Source: Pseudomonadota bacterium
Lineage (GTDB): Bacteria > Pseudomonadota > Gammaproteobacteria > Steroidobacterales > Steroidobacteraceae
Reading direction: 5' to 3'
Assembly (NCBI GenBank): GCA_021845825.1
Contig: JAJZVF010000001.1
Location: 1 to 55,491 of the forward strand
DNA: 55,491 nt
The notes under the pieces: model-generated
The model's input: only the letters and a program-made list of their open reading frames with translations
What the model was told of the DNA's origin: nothing
Databases searched by the model: none
Shown here: in pieces, positions 28,801 through 37,969 of the stretch
How the letters are laid out: every line of letters begins with the position of its first letter
Numbering within the stretch: the stretch's first letter is position 1
Position numbers and translations under genes: made by a program

Positions 28801-28914
28801 ATCGAGCGCTCGATCGGGCCGATGATCGCGCGGGTGATCATCGCCGAGCCCGTGGTGCCGGGATCGGCAGCCGAGCCGGCGCCACCCAGGGCTCCGGCCG
28901 GGCAGCCGGTGTGA
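25813..28914 (+). CDS. Efflux RND transporter permease (AcrB/HAE family)
   Basis: 1033 aa with 12-TM RND architecture (MRRLSAWAIRHPLPPLVLFVV...GVLVDDAIVEIENI...KNSILLVDFA). ATGA overlap with the MFP gene. No outer-membrane factor gene follows. Confidence 0.93.
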   Translation: MRRLSAWAIRHPLPPLVLFVVLLFAGVVSFVRLPVTLHPHLSYPIVSVVVTEPGAAPEEVQIEIVRRIEGAVAGISNIHRIYSDAYQGGERTYVEFRIGTPIDRALTDVRDAVTQVQPDLPGDILPPVVQRVKVDGGPIAYYAVSSTDMSDRAISWFIDNTITKALLRVPGVARVARYGGVNREIRVELDPARMQALGLTAAQVNQQLADLNTDLPGGRADLGDGEQTIRVLGGAHTAWQLSQTQIALPGGRFAKLGNIATVRDGAAQVRSIELFNGRPAISFGVQRAADTSDITVLRGVRRALAKVRAEYPDIHINQTFTTVAYTEQQYRSALEALIEGALLSVLVVWLFLRDTRATLISALAIPLAAIPTFAFMKLMGFTLNQVSLLALSMVSGVLVDDAIVEIENIVRHKHMGKSAFRAALDAADQIALAVVATSCTIIAVFVPVSFMGGIIGQYFRQFGLTVAAAVFFSLLVARLLTPVIAAYTLRSGPQPARGDGPVMTWYMRILRWCVHHRWQTIGLGTLFFAASVAGLAAMPKTFIQQSDTSSAALAIELPPGVQLADTEAAANAAYRILARQPEVTAIDESVGGSGGVRTANLYITLVPPGRRTLSQKQWQNLMLAKLSSIPNAQMYFQNFNGDSDGHDITIDLTGDDLRLLERTARRVMRQMAALPGLRDVSSADGLPRPQIRIRPRFDLAAELGVTVADIGRTIRVATIGDLLQNDAKFTLPDRQVPIVVNLQRSARGNLTALENLPVPTRDGGTVPLQAVAAFGFGEGPTQIRSRDQRLRIAINADLNGIQLGKAMQEIHALPTLRHLPPGVHLADTGNARLMSELFSDFAIAMGTGILMVFAVLVLLFARVLQPVTILSALPLSLGGAVAALFLTHKPLSLGVMIGFLMLMGIVAKNSILLVDFAIEQMRAGKDRLSALLEAGHERARPIVMTTIAMVAGMLPVALTIGGGFRAPMAISVIGGLIASTALTLVVVPAGFTVIDDIERSIGPMIARVIIAEPVVPGSAAEPAPPRAPAGQPV

Positions 28915-29204
28915 GGCGGGCCCGCGGGCCGGGCGGCCCCTGGCGACGGACAGTCGGGCGCCGGCATTCAAGGGGGCGGTGCCTTGACCCCGGGCGCAGT
29001 TTGATACGCTCGCGATCGCCGCACCGCCGGCGCGCGGGGGAGACGGTCCGGGCGGGCCTGGACATCCGGATGGCGGAAGGCGATGTTCCAAATCGGTCTG
29101 ATCCGTAACGGTACAGCGCCCGGTCACGCGTGTATGCTGATTGTGCCCCCTGCGCATAACCGCTACCTTTTCGGTCTTCCTTTGCCTTATGGATTGCCGC
29201 ACCC

Positions 29205-29852
29205 ATGACGAGCTTAGTTCAGAACGAGAACCTTTCGCGGTTCGATACCATCGCGTCCCAATGGGACGATTCGCCGATGCGCACAGAGATGGCCAAGGCG
29301 GTGGCCGATGCGATCGCGGCAGCAGTGCCGCTGGAACCGCACTGGCGTGCGCTCGAGTACGGATGCGGTACCGGGCTCGTCGGGCTGCGGCTCCTGCCGC
29401 ATCTGGGCCATGTGCTCGAGACTGATCTCTCACCCGGCATGCTGGCCGTGCTCAGCGACAAGGCGCGTGCCGCCGGGCTGGACAAGGTCGAGACTCAGGT
29501 ACTTGATCTGACCAGAAGCCCGCCGCCCGCGGCGCGTTTCGATCTGATCTTCAGCAGCATGGCGCTTCACCATATCCCGGATGTCGCGGCGCTCGTGCGC
29601 AGCTTCTTCTCCATGCTGGTCCCCGGCGGCTGGGTGGCCCTGGCTGACCTTGACGCCGAGGACGGTAGCTTCCACAGCCCTGATGTGCCCGGGGTGGCGC
29701 ATCACGGATTCGATCGCAAGACCGTGGAAGGATGGCTAGGCGCAGCGGGGTTTACCGCGGTGAGCACTCGTACGGCGCACACGGTCGAACGGGCTCGGGA
29801 GGGACAGCAGCACCGCTATCCGATTTTTCTCGCGACGGGCCGTCGGCCTTAA
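29205..29852 (+). CDS. Class I SAM-dependent methyltransferase
   Basis: Motif I ALEYGCGTG and post-I/II motifs (DLIFSSMALHHI, LVPGGWVAL). Confidence 0.85.
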   Translation: MTSLVQNENLSRFDTIASQWDDSPMRTEMAKAVADAIAAAVPLEPHWRALEYGCGTGLVGLRLLPHLGHVLETDLSPGMLAVLSDKARAAGLDKVETQVLDLTRSPPPAARFDLIFSSMALHHIPDVAALVRSFFSMLVPGGWVALADLDAEDGSFHSPDVPGVAHHGFDRKTVEGWLGAAGFTAVSTRTAHTVERAREGQQHRYPIFLATGRRP

Positions 29853-30128
29853 CCGCAACCCTCGCCGGGCTCCGCGGGCAGGCTGCACGGCGGCTGACGG
29901 GACGGCGTCGACGCTCCACCGCAAAGCCAGAGCCGAAGCGTCCGCATGAGCGTCTATAGTGAGATCCAGGGCGTCGTCACGGTGGGTTGCCCTCGGGACA
30001 CCCCGTCGCTGCGCCTATCGATCGGCTGAAGCCGGCAGCTCGACCGCTACAGGTGGCGGCGGCGCGGAACCTGAGCCTACGCGCATCGGTCAATCCGGCT
30101 CTTGGGAAAACTTTGGAGAAGACCCGCG

Positions 30129-31154
30129 ATGACCGCCATCGGCCCGCTCGCCCAGACCTCTCCCGCCAACGCCGCCCGGCCGATCAACAGCGCCGCGCAC
30201 ATTGCCTTCACCGGGCTGCGGGATTACCTGCGCAGCCAGATCCTCGGGCAGGAAACCCTCGTCGAGCGATTGCTGATCGCCCTGCTCTCGGACGGTCACC
30301 TGCTGGTCGAGGGACCGCCCGGTCTTGCCAAGACGCGCGCAGTCAAAGCACTGGCGCACGCGCTCGAGGCCGACTTCCAGCGCGTGCAATTCACCCCCGA
30401 TCTTCTGCCTGCGGATCTTACGGGCTCGGACATCTATCGGCCCGAGGAGGGCACCTTCCGCTTCCAGCGCGGGCCTCTATTCCACAACCTGATCCTCGCC
30501 GACGAGGTGAACCGCGCGCCCGCCAAGGTGCAGTCGGCGCTGCTCGAGGCCATGGCCGAGCGCCAGATCAGTGTCGGCACGGCAACCTACCCGCTACCGC
30601 CGCTGTTCCTGGTGATGGCCACGCAGAACCCCATCGAGCAGGAGGGCACCTACCCTTTGCCCGAGGCGCAGCTCGATCGCTTCATGCTGCACACTCGCGT
30701 CGACTACCCGGACCGGGCGACGACGCTCAAGGTGATGGCGCTGGCGCGGAGCGAGGCGATCGCGCAGCGCGAGTTACTGCCTCCGGAGCGGCGCATGGCC
30801 CAGGAGACGGTGTTCGCGGCGCGCCGCGAGGTATTGGGACTCACGCTTGCGGAACCCGTGGCCGAGTACATCGCGGCGCTGGTCGATGCGACACGACGAC
30901 CGGAACCCTACAGTGCCCAGCTGCGCGAGTGGCTGCGTTGGGGAGCCAGCCCGCGCGCAGCGATCGCGATCGAGCGGGGAGCCCGCGCGCTTGCCTGGCT
31001 GGACGGACGCGACTTCGTCAGTCCCGAGGACGTGCAGGCCATTGCGCCCGATGCGTTGCGCCACCGCCTCCTGGTCGATTACACCGCCCAGGCCCGCGGG
31101 GTCACCGCCGAAGGCTGCGTCGACGAGCTGTTGCGCCGGGTACCGGCCCCATAG
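30129..31154 (+). CDS. MoxR-family AAA+ ATPase
   Basis: Walker A GPPGLAKT and Walker B LILADEVNRA, plus VMATQNPIEQEGTYPLPEAQLDRF. ATG 30129 with GGAGAA upstream. Confidence 0.93.
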   Translation: MTAIGPLAQTSPANAARPINSAAHIAFTGLRDYLRSQILGQETLVERLLIALLSDGHLLVEGPPGLAKTRAVKALAHALEADFQRVQFTPDLLPADLTGSDIYRPEEGTFRFQRGPLFHNLILADEVNRAPAKVQSALLEAMAERQISVGTATYPLPPLFLVMATQNPIEQEGTYPLPEAQLDRFMLHTRVDYPDRATTLKVMALARSEAIAQRELLPPERRMAQETVFAARREVLGLTLAEPVAEYIAALVDATRRPEPYSAQLREWLRWGASPRAAIAIERGARALAWLDGRDFVSPEDVQAIAPDALRHRLLVDYTAQARGVTAEGCVDELLRRVPAP

Positions 31155-31158
31155 CGAG

Positions 31159-32061
31159 ATGTCGATTCCCACGCTCGAGGAGCTGCTTGCCCTGCGCGGC
31201 GCAGCGCACGATCTGACGCTAAGGGGCCGCAGGCTCGCACGGGCGTCGCTTCTGGGCGTACATTCCAGCGCGCAGCGCGGGCGAGGCCTGGAGTTCCAGG
31301 AGGTGCGCCCGTACGTGGCGGGCGACGATCCCCGCACTATCGACTGGCGGGTCACGGCGAGGCGCGGCCGGCCGCACACCAAGCTGTTTCACGAAGAGCG
31401 TGAGCGTCCGGTATGGCTGCTCGTCGATCTGCAGCCCGGGCTGTTTTTCGGCAGCCGGCGCCAGCTGAAATCGGCCGCGGCGGTGCGCGCGGCGGCGCTG
31501 CTTGCCTGGACCGCTGCGCTCGGCGGCGATCGGGTCGGCGGGGTGATCGGCTCCGACGCCGGCCGGAGGCGCATCCTGCCGGCGCGCGCCAGGCTCGCCG
31601 GCGTGCTGCCGCTGATCGAGGCGCTGCTTGCCGCTCAACCGCGCGCGCCTGCGCAACCCGCTCCCGGTACGCTCGAAGCGGTCGTGCATGCGAGCGCGCC
31701 CCTGATCCGCCCCGGCAGCCTGGTCCTGGCGGTGAGCGATTTTGCCGCTCTCGGCGAACAGCAGGCGAGCTTGTGGGCGGGCCTCGCCGCGCACAGCGAC
31801 ATCCGGCTGTACTGGGTGACCGACCCGCTGGAAGCCCAGGGCCTGCCCGACGGGCGCTTTCGTGCCGGGCTGCCCGATCGCCTGAGCCTTCTCGATGGCG
31901 CGCGGATTCGCGCGCGCTGGCTTCAGACCTGGCGCGAGCGTGAGGCCCGGCTGATGCGCCTGGCGCAGCGCTGCTGCGCGCCGGTGGCTCGGCTCGACAC
32001 CGCGGATTCCGTGGAATCGGTGCTGCGCGCATTGTTGCTGCGCGGCCCGTCGGCGGCATGA
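31159..32061 (+). CDS. DUF58 domain-containing protein
   Basis: GLEFQEVRPYVAGDDPRTIDWRVTARRGRPHTKLFHEERE is the DUF58 signature. It follows moxR by 4 nt. Confidence 0.88.
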   Translation: MSIPTLEELLALRGAAHDLTLRGRRLARASLLGVHSSAQRGRGLEFQEVRPYVAGDDPRTIDWRVTARRGRPHTKLFHEERERPVWLLVDLQPGLFFGSRRQLKSAAAVRAAALLAWTAALGGDRVGGVIGSDAGRRRILPARARLAGVLPLIEALLAAQPRAPAQPAPGTLEAVVHASAPLIRPGSLVLAVSDFAALGEQQASLWAGLAAHSDIRLYWVTDPLEAQGLPDGRFRAGLPDRLSLLDGARIRARWLQTWREREARLMRLAQRCCAPVARLDTADSVESVLRALLLRGPSAA

Positions 32062-32522
32062 CCTCCAGCTGGCTGAGACAACTCGCGCCCGCGCACGCGC
32101 CGCCGCCTCCGGGTTGGTGGCCGCCGGCTCCGGGTTGGTGGATATTGGCTGCGCTTGCGCTGCTCGCCGCCGCCGCCGCGGCATGGCGGTCGCTCGACCC
32201 GCACCGCGCGAGCCGGCGGGCGGCCCTGAGGGAGCTCAGACGCATCCGCGCGGAGCAGCCCGATGCGGGCACGAGCGCGCGTGCCATCGAGAGCGTGTTG
32301 CGCCGCTATGCCATGGCCGTGTTCGGCGGTGAGCGAGTGGCGCGCCTGACGGGCGAGGCATGGCTCGAGTTCGTAGCCGCAGAAGGCGGCACGCTGCCGA
32401 CGGAAGCCGGCCGCTCGATGCTGGCAGCGGCCTTCGGCGGCGGGGCGCGCGATGAGCGGGAAAGCTGGCTGGCGGGCGCGGATGCGTTCGTGCGGCATGC
32501 GCCAAGGAAGCGGAGGCGCTGA
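32058..32522 (+). CDS. DUF4381 domain-containing protein
   Basis: PPGWWPPAPGWWILAALALL single TM segment followed by an RRAALREL helix, typical of Bat-operon DUF4381. ATGA overlap. Confidence 0.8.
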   Translation: MTSSWLRQLAPAHAPPPPGWWPPAPGWWILAALALLAAAAAAWRSLDPHRASRRAALRELRRIRAEQPDAGTSARAIESVLRRYAMAVFGGERVARLTGEAWLEFVAAEGGTLPTEAGRSMLAAAFGGGARDERESWLAGADAFVRHAPRKRRR

Positions 32523-33493
32523 TGTTTCATTTCGCGTGGCCGTGGATGGCGCTGCTGCTGCCGCTCCCTTGGGTGCTCTACAGAGTGCGCCGTCCGGCCG
32601 AGCCGCGCGGCGCGGCGCTGTATCTGCCGTTCACCGCCGACGTGGCCGGCACGGGCGCCGGCGCTCCCACGGCCTCGCGGGCCAACATGGCGCTGCTCGG
32701 GTGCATCTGGGTGCTGTTGGTGCTCGCCGCCATGCGGCCTCAATGGCTGGGCGCGCCGCTGCCGCTTGCGACCAGCGGCCGGCAGATCATCCTGGCGATC
32801 GACTGCTCGGGCTCCATGGCCACCCGCGACATGGCCGGCGGCGAGAGCCGGCTGCAGGTGGTGCAGCGCGTGGCCGGTCAGTTCATTGACGCGCGCAAAG
32901 GCGATCAGATCGGTCTCATTCTGTTCGGTACCCGGCCCTACCTGCAGGCGCCGCTGACGACGGACCTGGCGACGGTGCATAGATTCCTGGACCAAGCCGT
33001 GGTGGGCATCGCCGGTCCCGAGACCGCCATCGGAGATGCCATCGGACTTGCGATCAAGACGTTACGGGAGAACGATCGGCACATCGGAGTGGGCCACCGC
33101 CGCCAGCCGGTGATGATTCTGCTCACCGACGGCGGTAACAACACCGGAGTCCTGCCGCCGATCGAGGCGGCCCGACTCGCGGCGCAAACCGGGCTGCGCA
33201 TCTTCACGATCGGCGTAGGCGCAGCCGTGCACCGGACCTTCTTCGGGGTGAGCGGCAACACGAGCCTGAACGTAAAGCTGCTGAAGCGTATCGCCCGGAT
33301 TACCGGCGGAGAATATTTCCGCGCCACCGATCCCGACGCCCTCTCGGCGGTCTACCGGAAGATCAACCGTCTCGAGCCGGTGGCGGGCGACAAGCAGTGG
33401 CTGCGGCCCGCCGCGGAATGGTTCGCCCTGCCGCTGTCGCTCGCGCTGCTGTTGAGCCTGCCGGCGGCCTGGCTGATGGCGCAGCGCGGGTGA
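32522..33493 (+). CDS. VWA domain-containing protein (BatA-like)
   Basis: N-terminal TM segment and a VWA MIDAS motif (LAIDCSGSM). TGATG overlap. Confidence 0.88.
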   Translation: MFHFAWPWMALLLPLPWVLYRVRRPAEPRGAALYLPFTADVAGTGAGAPTASRANMALLGCIWVLLVLAAMRPQWLGAPLPLATSGRQIILAIDCSGSMATRDMAGGESRLQVVQRVAGQFIDARKGDQIGLILFGTRPYLQAPLTTDLATVHRFLDQAVVGIAGPETAIGDAIGLAIKTLRENDRHIGVGHRRQPVMILLTDGGNNTGVLPPIEAARLAAQTGLRIFTIGVGAAVHRTFFGVSGNTSLNVKLLKRIARITGGEYFRATDPDALSAVYRKINRLEPVAGDKQWLRPAAEWFALPLSLALLLSLPAAWLMAQRG

Positions 33494-34491
33494 ATGCGAC
33501 GATGCTGAGCCACCTGCACTTTCTTCATCCCTTGCGGCTGCTGGCGCTGCCGCCGCTGCTTGCATTCGCGGCATGGCTCGCGCGCCGTCGTGCGCGCGAC
33601 GGCGCCTGGCCCCGCGTGGTGGACGGGGAATTGTTGACGGTGCTGCGCTTGAGCGAAGCGGGACGCGGCCGCTCGCCGTGGCCGCTGTTGGCTTGCGCCT
33701 GGACGCTGGCGGTGCTGGCGCTCGCCGGTCCCAGCTGGCAGCGACAGCTGACTGCGGCCTACCGGCTGCCGGCCGCCTGGGTGATCGCCCTCGAGCTCTC
33801 GCCGTCGATGAATGCGACCGACGTTCCGCCCAGCCGTGTCGCACGGGCACGCTTTGCAATCGATGACCTGCTGTCGGCGGCGCACGATGCACGTGTAGGG
33901 CTGATCGCCTTCGCCGGCGAGGCCTACACGGTCGCTCCCCTGACCAGCGACGTTGCCACCATCCACAATCTCAGCCGGGCGCTCTCGCCCGACCTGATGC
34001 CGGAGCACGGCAAGCGACTCGCGCCCGCGCTGCGGACCGCGGCGCGGCTGCTAAGCTCCTGGCGCGGCAGGGACCGGCAGGTCATCGTGCTGGCGGACGG
34101 GCTTACCGACCCGGCGCGGGCGCTGCTCGCGGCCGAGCGGCTGCGCAGCAAGGGCATGTCGGTCAACATCGTGGGCGTGGGTACGGCGGCCGGCGCGCCG
34201 GCACCCAACGGCAGGGGCGGCTTCCGGCGCAACGCGCAGGGTCGGATCGTGATGACGCGCCTGCAGAGCGGCATCCTGCGGCGCATCGCCGCCGCCGGCG
34301 GTGGAACCTTCGTCACGTTGGATCAACTGCCACAGTTGATCGCGGATCTGCATGCGCAAGGGTTGCGCTCGCTCGGCTCGGCCGCAGCCACGCCGGGGGT
34401 ACGCCTGGCGAGCTGGCTGGACGGCGGCATCTGGCTGCTGCCGCCGCTGCTGCTGTGCGCGGCGCTGCTCTCCCGCCGAGGGTGGATCTAG
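33490..34491 (+). CDS. VWA domain-containing protein (BatB-like)
   Basis: FLHPLRLLALPPLL TM segment; VWA region (VIALELSPSMNATD...GLIAFAGEAYTVAPLTSD). GTGA-coupled start at 33490, alternative ATG 33502. Confidence 0.85.
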   Translation: MNATMLSHLHFLHPLRLLALPPLLAFAAWLARRRARDGAWPRVVDGELLTVLRLSEAGRGRSPWPLLACAWTLAVLALAGPSWQRQLTAAYRLPAAWVIALELSPSMNATDVPPSRVARARFAIDDLLSAAHDARVGLIAFAGEAYTVAPLTSDVATIHNLSRALSPDLMPEHGKRLAPALRTAARLLSSWRGRDRQVIVLADGLTDPARALLAAERLRSKGMSVNIVGVGTAAGAPAPNGRGGFRRNAQGRIVMTRLQSGILRRIAAAGGGTFVTLDQLPQLIADLHAQGLRSLGSAAATPGVRLASWLDGGIWLLPPLLLCAALLSRRGWI

Positions 34492-35502
34492 ATGCGCGCG
34501 GTGGCTTGGCTTGTCCTCGGCTGCCTGGCGAGCGCCCCGGCGTTCGCCGGCACCTGGTCGAGCCTTTGGCACACACCCGATCAACAGGGCGAGGCACTGC
34601 TCGCGGCCGGCCATCCGGCCCGGGCGGCAGCCCGGTTCACCAACCCGCGCCTGAAGGCGTATGCGGATCTGCGGGCCGGCCACTATCGCCAGGCGGCAAA
34701 GCTGCTGGCGCCGTTCAAGGACCCTATCTCCGAATATAACCGCGGCAACGCACTGGCTCATACCGGGCATCTGCACGCGGCGCTTGCCGCTTACGACGCG
34801 GCGCTCAAACAGGCGCCACACGACAGGGACATCCGGCACAATCGGGACCTGGTCGCCCGGATGCTGGCGCGACAGCCGCCGAGGAGCCCGCCGCGGGGCA
34901 TGCATGGCCAACCGGGTGGAGGCACAGGCGCGCGCAAGAGTCGAGAAGGGTCATCCGGCAAGGGTGCGGCAGCCCGCCGGCCCGGCAAGGAGTCCCAGGC
35001 CCGCAGCGGTCATGCGGGAGGCGGCCCGGGCGGGAAGACCGGGCGCAAGCGCGGCCACGGGGGCTCCGCCAGGCCCGGGGCGGACACATCGGGAAGCGAG
35101 CCGGGCGGGGCAAGATCCGAGCGCAAGGGTACAGGCGCGAAAACGAAAACTCAGCCGGGATCCGGTACCGGCTCGCCTGGGCGAAGTGCGGGTCGGGCGC
35201 GGGCGGATGCGGCAATGGCCGCCGCAATCGCGCGTGGCAAGGCCCAGCATGACCGCAGGGGACATTCGACGGCCGCGGCGGCGCAAACGGCGCCGCCGGC
35301 CGGCGGCAAGCCGTCTTCCGGCGCTCCCGCGAGCCCCACTCTTCTCGGTGGCCGCACCAATATCCACCGGCACAAGCCCGTGAGCGAGAAGACACTGGCG
35401 CTCGAGCAGTGGCTGCGGCAGATTCCGGACAACCCCGCGGGTCTGCTGCGCCGCAAATTCCTCATCGAGTACATGATGCGACACCGGGGAGAGAACCCTT
35501 GA
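34492..35502 (+). CDS. TPR-repeat protein (BatC-like) with a long Gly/Arg/Lys/Ser-rich low-complexity linker
   Basis: Signal peptide, TPR (YNRGNALAHTGHLHAALAAYDAALKQAP) and a conserved C-terminus (EQWLRQIPDNPAGLLRRKFLIEY). Confidence 0.8.
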   Translation: MRAVAWLVLGCLASAPAFAGTWSSLWHTPDQQGEALLAAGHPARAAARFTNPRLKAYADLRAGHYRQAAKLLAPFKDPISEYNRGNALAHTGHLHAALAAYDAALKQAPHDRDIRHNRDLVARMLARQPPRSPPRGMHGQPGGGTGARKSREGSSGKGAAARRPGKESQARSGHAGGGPGGKTGRKRGHGGSARPGADTSGSEPGGARSERKGTGAKTKTQPGSGTGSPGRSAGRARADAAMAAAIARGKAQHDRRGHSTAAAAQTAPPAGGKPSSGAPASPTLLGGRTNIHRHKPVSEKTLALEQWLRQIPDNPAGLLRRKFLIEYMMRHRGENP

Positions 35503-37274
35503 GCGCGCGCTTCCCGAGCGTACTGCTTGCGCTTTGGCTGGGCGCCGCGACGGTCCCGGCTCACGCTGCCGTCCGGGCATGGCTCGATCACAGGCAAGTC
35601 GGGGCGGGGAACTCCGTTCAACTGACGCTGGAATACAACGGCATTACCACCAGCGAGCCCGACCTCAGGCCGCTGGAGCGGAATTTCGCCATCCTCGGCA
35701 CCAGCAGCAGCACCAGCATTCAGATCGGCACCGGCGGCTCGTCGGAGAGCACGGTGATGGTGTTGACACTCTCGCCGAAACGCACGGGACAGTTGACGAT
35801 CCCCTCCATCGAGTGGGATGGAGAACACAGCGCGCCGCTCTCGCTCACGGTCGCCGGAGCAGGGGCGCCGCCGCCGGCCCGCGGGTCTGGAACGGTCACA
35901 TCCGCCCGCAGGGTGTTCATCCAGACGAGCGTCAAGCCAAGAGACCCTTACGTGCAGCAAGCCGTGCAGGTGGCCGTCAGGATCTACACGTCTGAGCAGC
36001 TCTATCACGGCAGTCTCAGCTTCTCCGGCAACGGTGCAGCTCTCGTGCGGAAACTCGGCTCCGATACCTATAGCAGCGTAGTCCGCAACGGCGAGCCTTA
36101 CCAGGTCATCACACGCCGCTACATATTGTTTCCCATGCAGAGCGGCAGGCTTTCACTGCCCGGCCCCGAGCTCGATGCCGAGGTCGCCGCTCAGCGCCAG
36201 TCCTCCTGGAATCCTTTCGGCAATTTCTTCGGCGGACTGGTGCAGACCACCCGGCCCATCCGCGTGTACGGCAATCCGCTCGCCCTGTCGGTGCGGCCGC
36301 GGCCGGCCGGCGCCCGGGGTCGCTACTGGCTGCCGGCGCAGAACGTGACGCTCAGCGCGCAATGGACTCCAGGCAGGCAGGCAGGCGCCGGCGATCCGCT
36401 CGCCCTCGAGCTTGATCTGCGGGCAGTCGGGCTCACGGCCGCTCAGTTGCCGAACCTCTCGGCGCTGCTGCGCCTGCCCGCGGGCCTTACGGCCTACCCG
36501 GATCGGGCGAAGCTCCACAATACGACTCAGGGAAGTCTCATCGTCGGCAGCCGCGAGCAGACTATCGCGCTCATCGCCGATCGGCCCGGACGTTACACCC
36601 TGGCGGCACTCGGGGTGAATTGGTGGGATACTCAAACCGACCAGCCGCGCGTGGCCACTCTGCCGCCGCAGACACTCACCGTCCTGCCCCCCATCGGCGG
36701 CATGAGCGCCTCGGTCGCCTCGCCCGCCGGGCCGACACCCCAGGCACCGCCGGTGCCGGCAAAGAGCTCGCCGGGCGCTGCGCCGCCTCCGGCGGCAGTC
36801 CGCTCCGCGACCGGGGGGAAGGCAGGCGCGCGCTCCCGGTGGGAGTGGCTCAGTGGGGGACTTGCAGCCCTGTGGGTAGCCACGCTCGGCGGCTGGCTCT
36901 GGTCGCGGCGGCGCACGCGTGTGCGCACCGCTCGCCCGCTCCCGGCGCCACCGAGGCAGCAGCGCGCTCCGCTGGACCCGTCAACAGCACAGGCGGCGTT
37001 CCGGGCCGCTTGCGCCACTGATGACGCCGTGGGCGCGCGGCGTCATCTGCTCGCCTGGGCACAAGCGGTGTGGGGCACGCCGCCTGCGGGGCTCAACGCG
37101 CTCGCCGCCGTGCTCGGGGAGAGCAGTGCGGCGGGTCTGGTGCGCGAGCTCGATCGGGCGTGTTATGGCGGGGGCAAGTGGCACGGGCAGCCGCTCGCCG
37201 CGGCGCTTACCGAGCTTCCTCCTCGCAACCCCAAACCACCCCGCGATCGCGGTCTGGCGCCGCTTTACCCATAG
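35499..37274 (+). CDS. BatD-family protein
   Basis: TTGA-coupled TTG start with GGGGAGAG upstream. Signal peptide SVLLALWLGAATVPAHA, BatD-like beta-rich body and a C-terminal TM segment (LSGGLAALWVATLGGWLW). Confidence 0.8.
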   Translation: MSARFPSVLLALWLGAATVPAHAAVRAWLDHRQVGAGNSVQLTLEYNGITTSEPDLRPLERNFAILGTSSSTSIQIGTGGSSESTVMVLTLSPKRTGQLTIPSIEWDGEHSAPLSLTVAGAGAPPPARGSGTVTSARRVFIQTSVKPRDPYVQQAVQVAVRIYTSEQLYHGSLSFSGNGAALVRKLGSDTYSSVVRNGEPYQVITRRYILFPMQSGRLSLPGPELDAEVAAQRQSSWNPFGNFFGGLVQTTRPIRVYGNPLALSVRPRPAGARGRYWLPAQNVTLSAQWTPGRQAGAGDPLALELDLRAVGLTAAQLPNLSALLRLPAGLTAYPDRAKLHNTTQGSLIVGSREQTIALIADRPGRYTLAALGVNWWDTQTDQPRVATLPPQTLTVLPPIGGMSASVASPAGPTPQAPPVPAKSSPGAAPPPAAVRSATGGKAGARSRWEWLSGGLAALWVATLGGWLWSRRRTRVRTARPLPAPPRQQRAPLDPSTAQAAFRAACATDDAVGARRHLLAWAQAVWGTPPAGLNALAAVLGESSAAGLVRELDRACYGGGKWHGQPLAAALTELPPRNPKPPRDRGLAPLYP

Positions 37275-37293
37275 GCACGCCCGGGCCCCGGCT

Positions 37294-37833
37294 TTACGTG
37301 GTGCTGTGTCCGCCTTCCTCGCTTGCCACGGCCGCATCGACCGCGCCTGTAGCCGCGCCGGCCGCGGGCGAGGGGTCGGCGAGGGCGCCACTCGCGGCCG
37401 CCTCGGACTGTTCCGACGCCCGCGCATCGGCGCGCCGACTCTCCTCTGTCGGCTGGCGGCCCGCGGCCATCTCTTCCGGCAGCGCATCGTGCTGCCTCTG
37501 CAGGAACAGCGTGCCTTCGAGGACCATGGTGATGCCGTCCTGGGCGACGCTGACGCTCTTGCTGGCGTTCTTCGGGACAGGCACCCGCATCTTGGCGCAG
37601 TAATGGATGATGGCTGCGGCGACGATCGCCAGCGAATAGGTTCGCTCGATGGGCGCCTCTTGTCCGGATTGCCTCACCGAGATCACGACACCGCTCGGGC
37701 CGAGCCGGGCGCCGTGCAACGTAACGCGCTCGGGCCAGCGCCTGTGTGCGCGGTCGAACTCGATGAGCGCATCGACCGTCGTGTCGAGCGGCAGGACCAG
37801 ACGCCGCGAATCATGCATCAGCAAGTTCGTCAT
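37294..37833 (-). CDS. Hypothetical protein with a disordered acidic/Ala-rich C-terminus
   Basis: 179-aa ORF with a protein-like N-terminal 125 aa. No family was recognised. Confidence 0.6.
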   Translation of the reverse strand: MTNLLMHDSRRLVLPLDTTVDALIEFDRAHRRWPERVTLHGARLGPSGVVISVRQSGQEAPIERTYSLAIVAAAIIHYCAKMRVPVPKNASKSVSVAQDGITMVLEGTLFLQRQHDALPEEMAAGRQPTEESRRADARASEQSEAAASGALADPSPAAGAATGAVDAAVASEEGGHSTT

Positions 37834-37969
37834 TCGAGCTTACTCCATGACCGCCAGTCAGTCCGGCGCGAAGCGACTCTAAACAGCGGGCAAGCACCCC
37901 GGGTTGGTGGCAGTGGCCGCGGACGCCGCGGCCAGATATTCGATGGCGGCCATGATGACATATTTCGAG

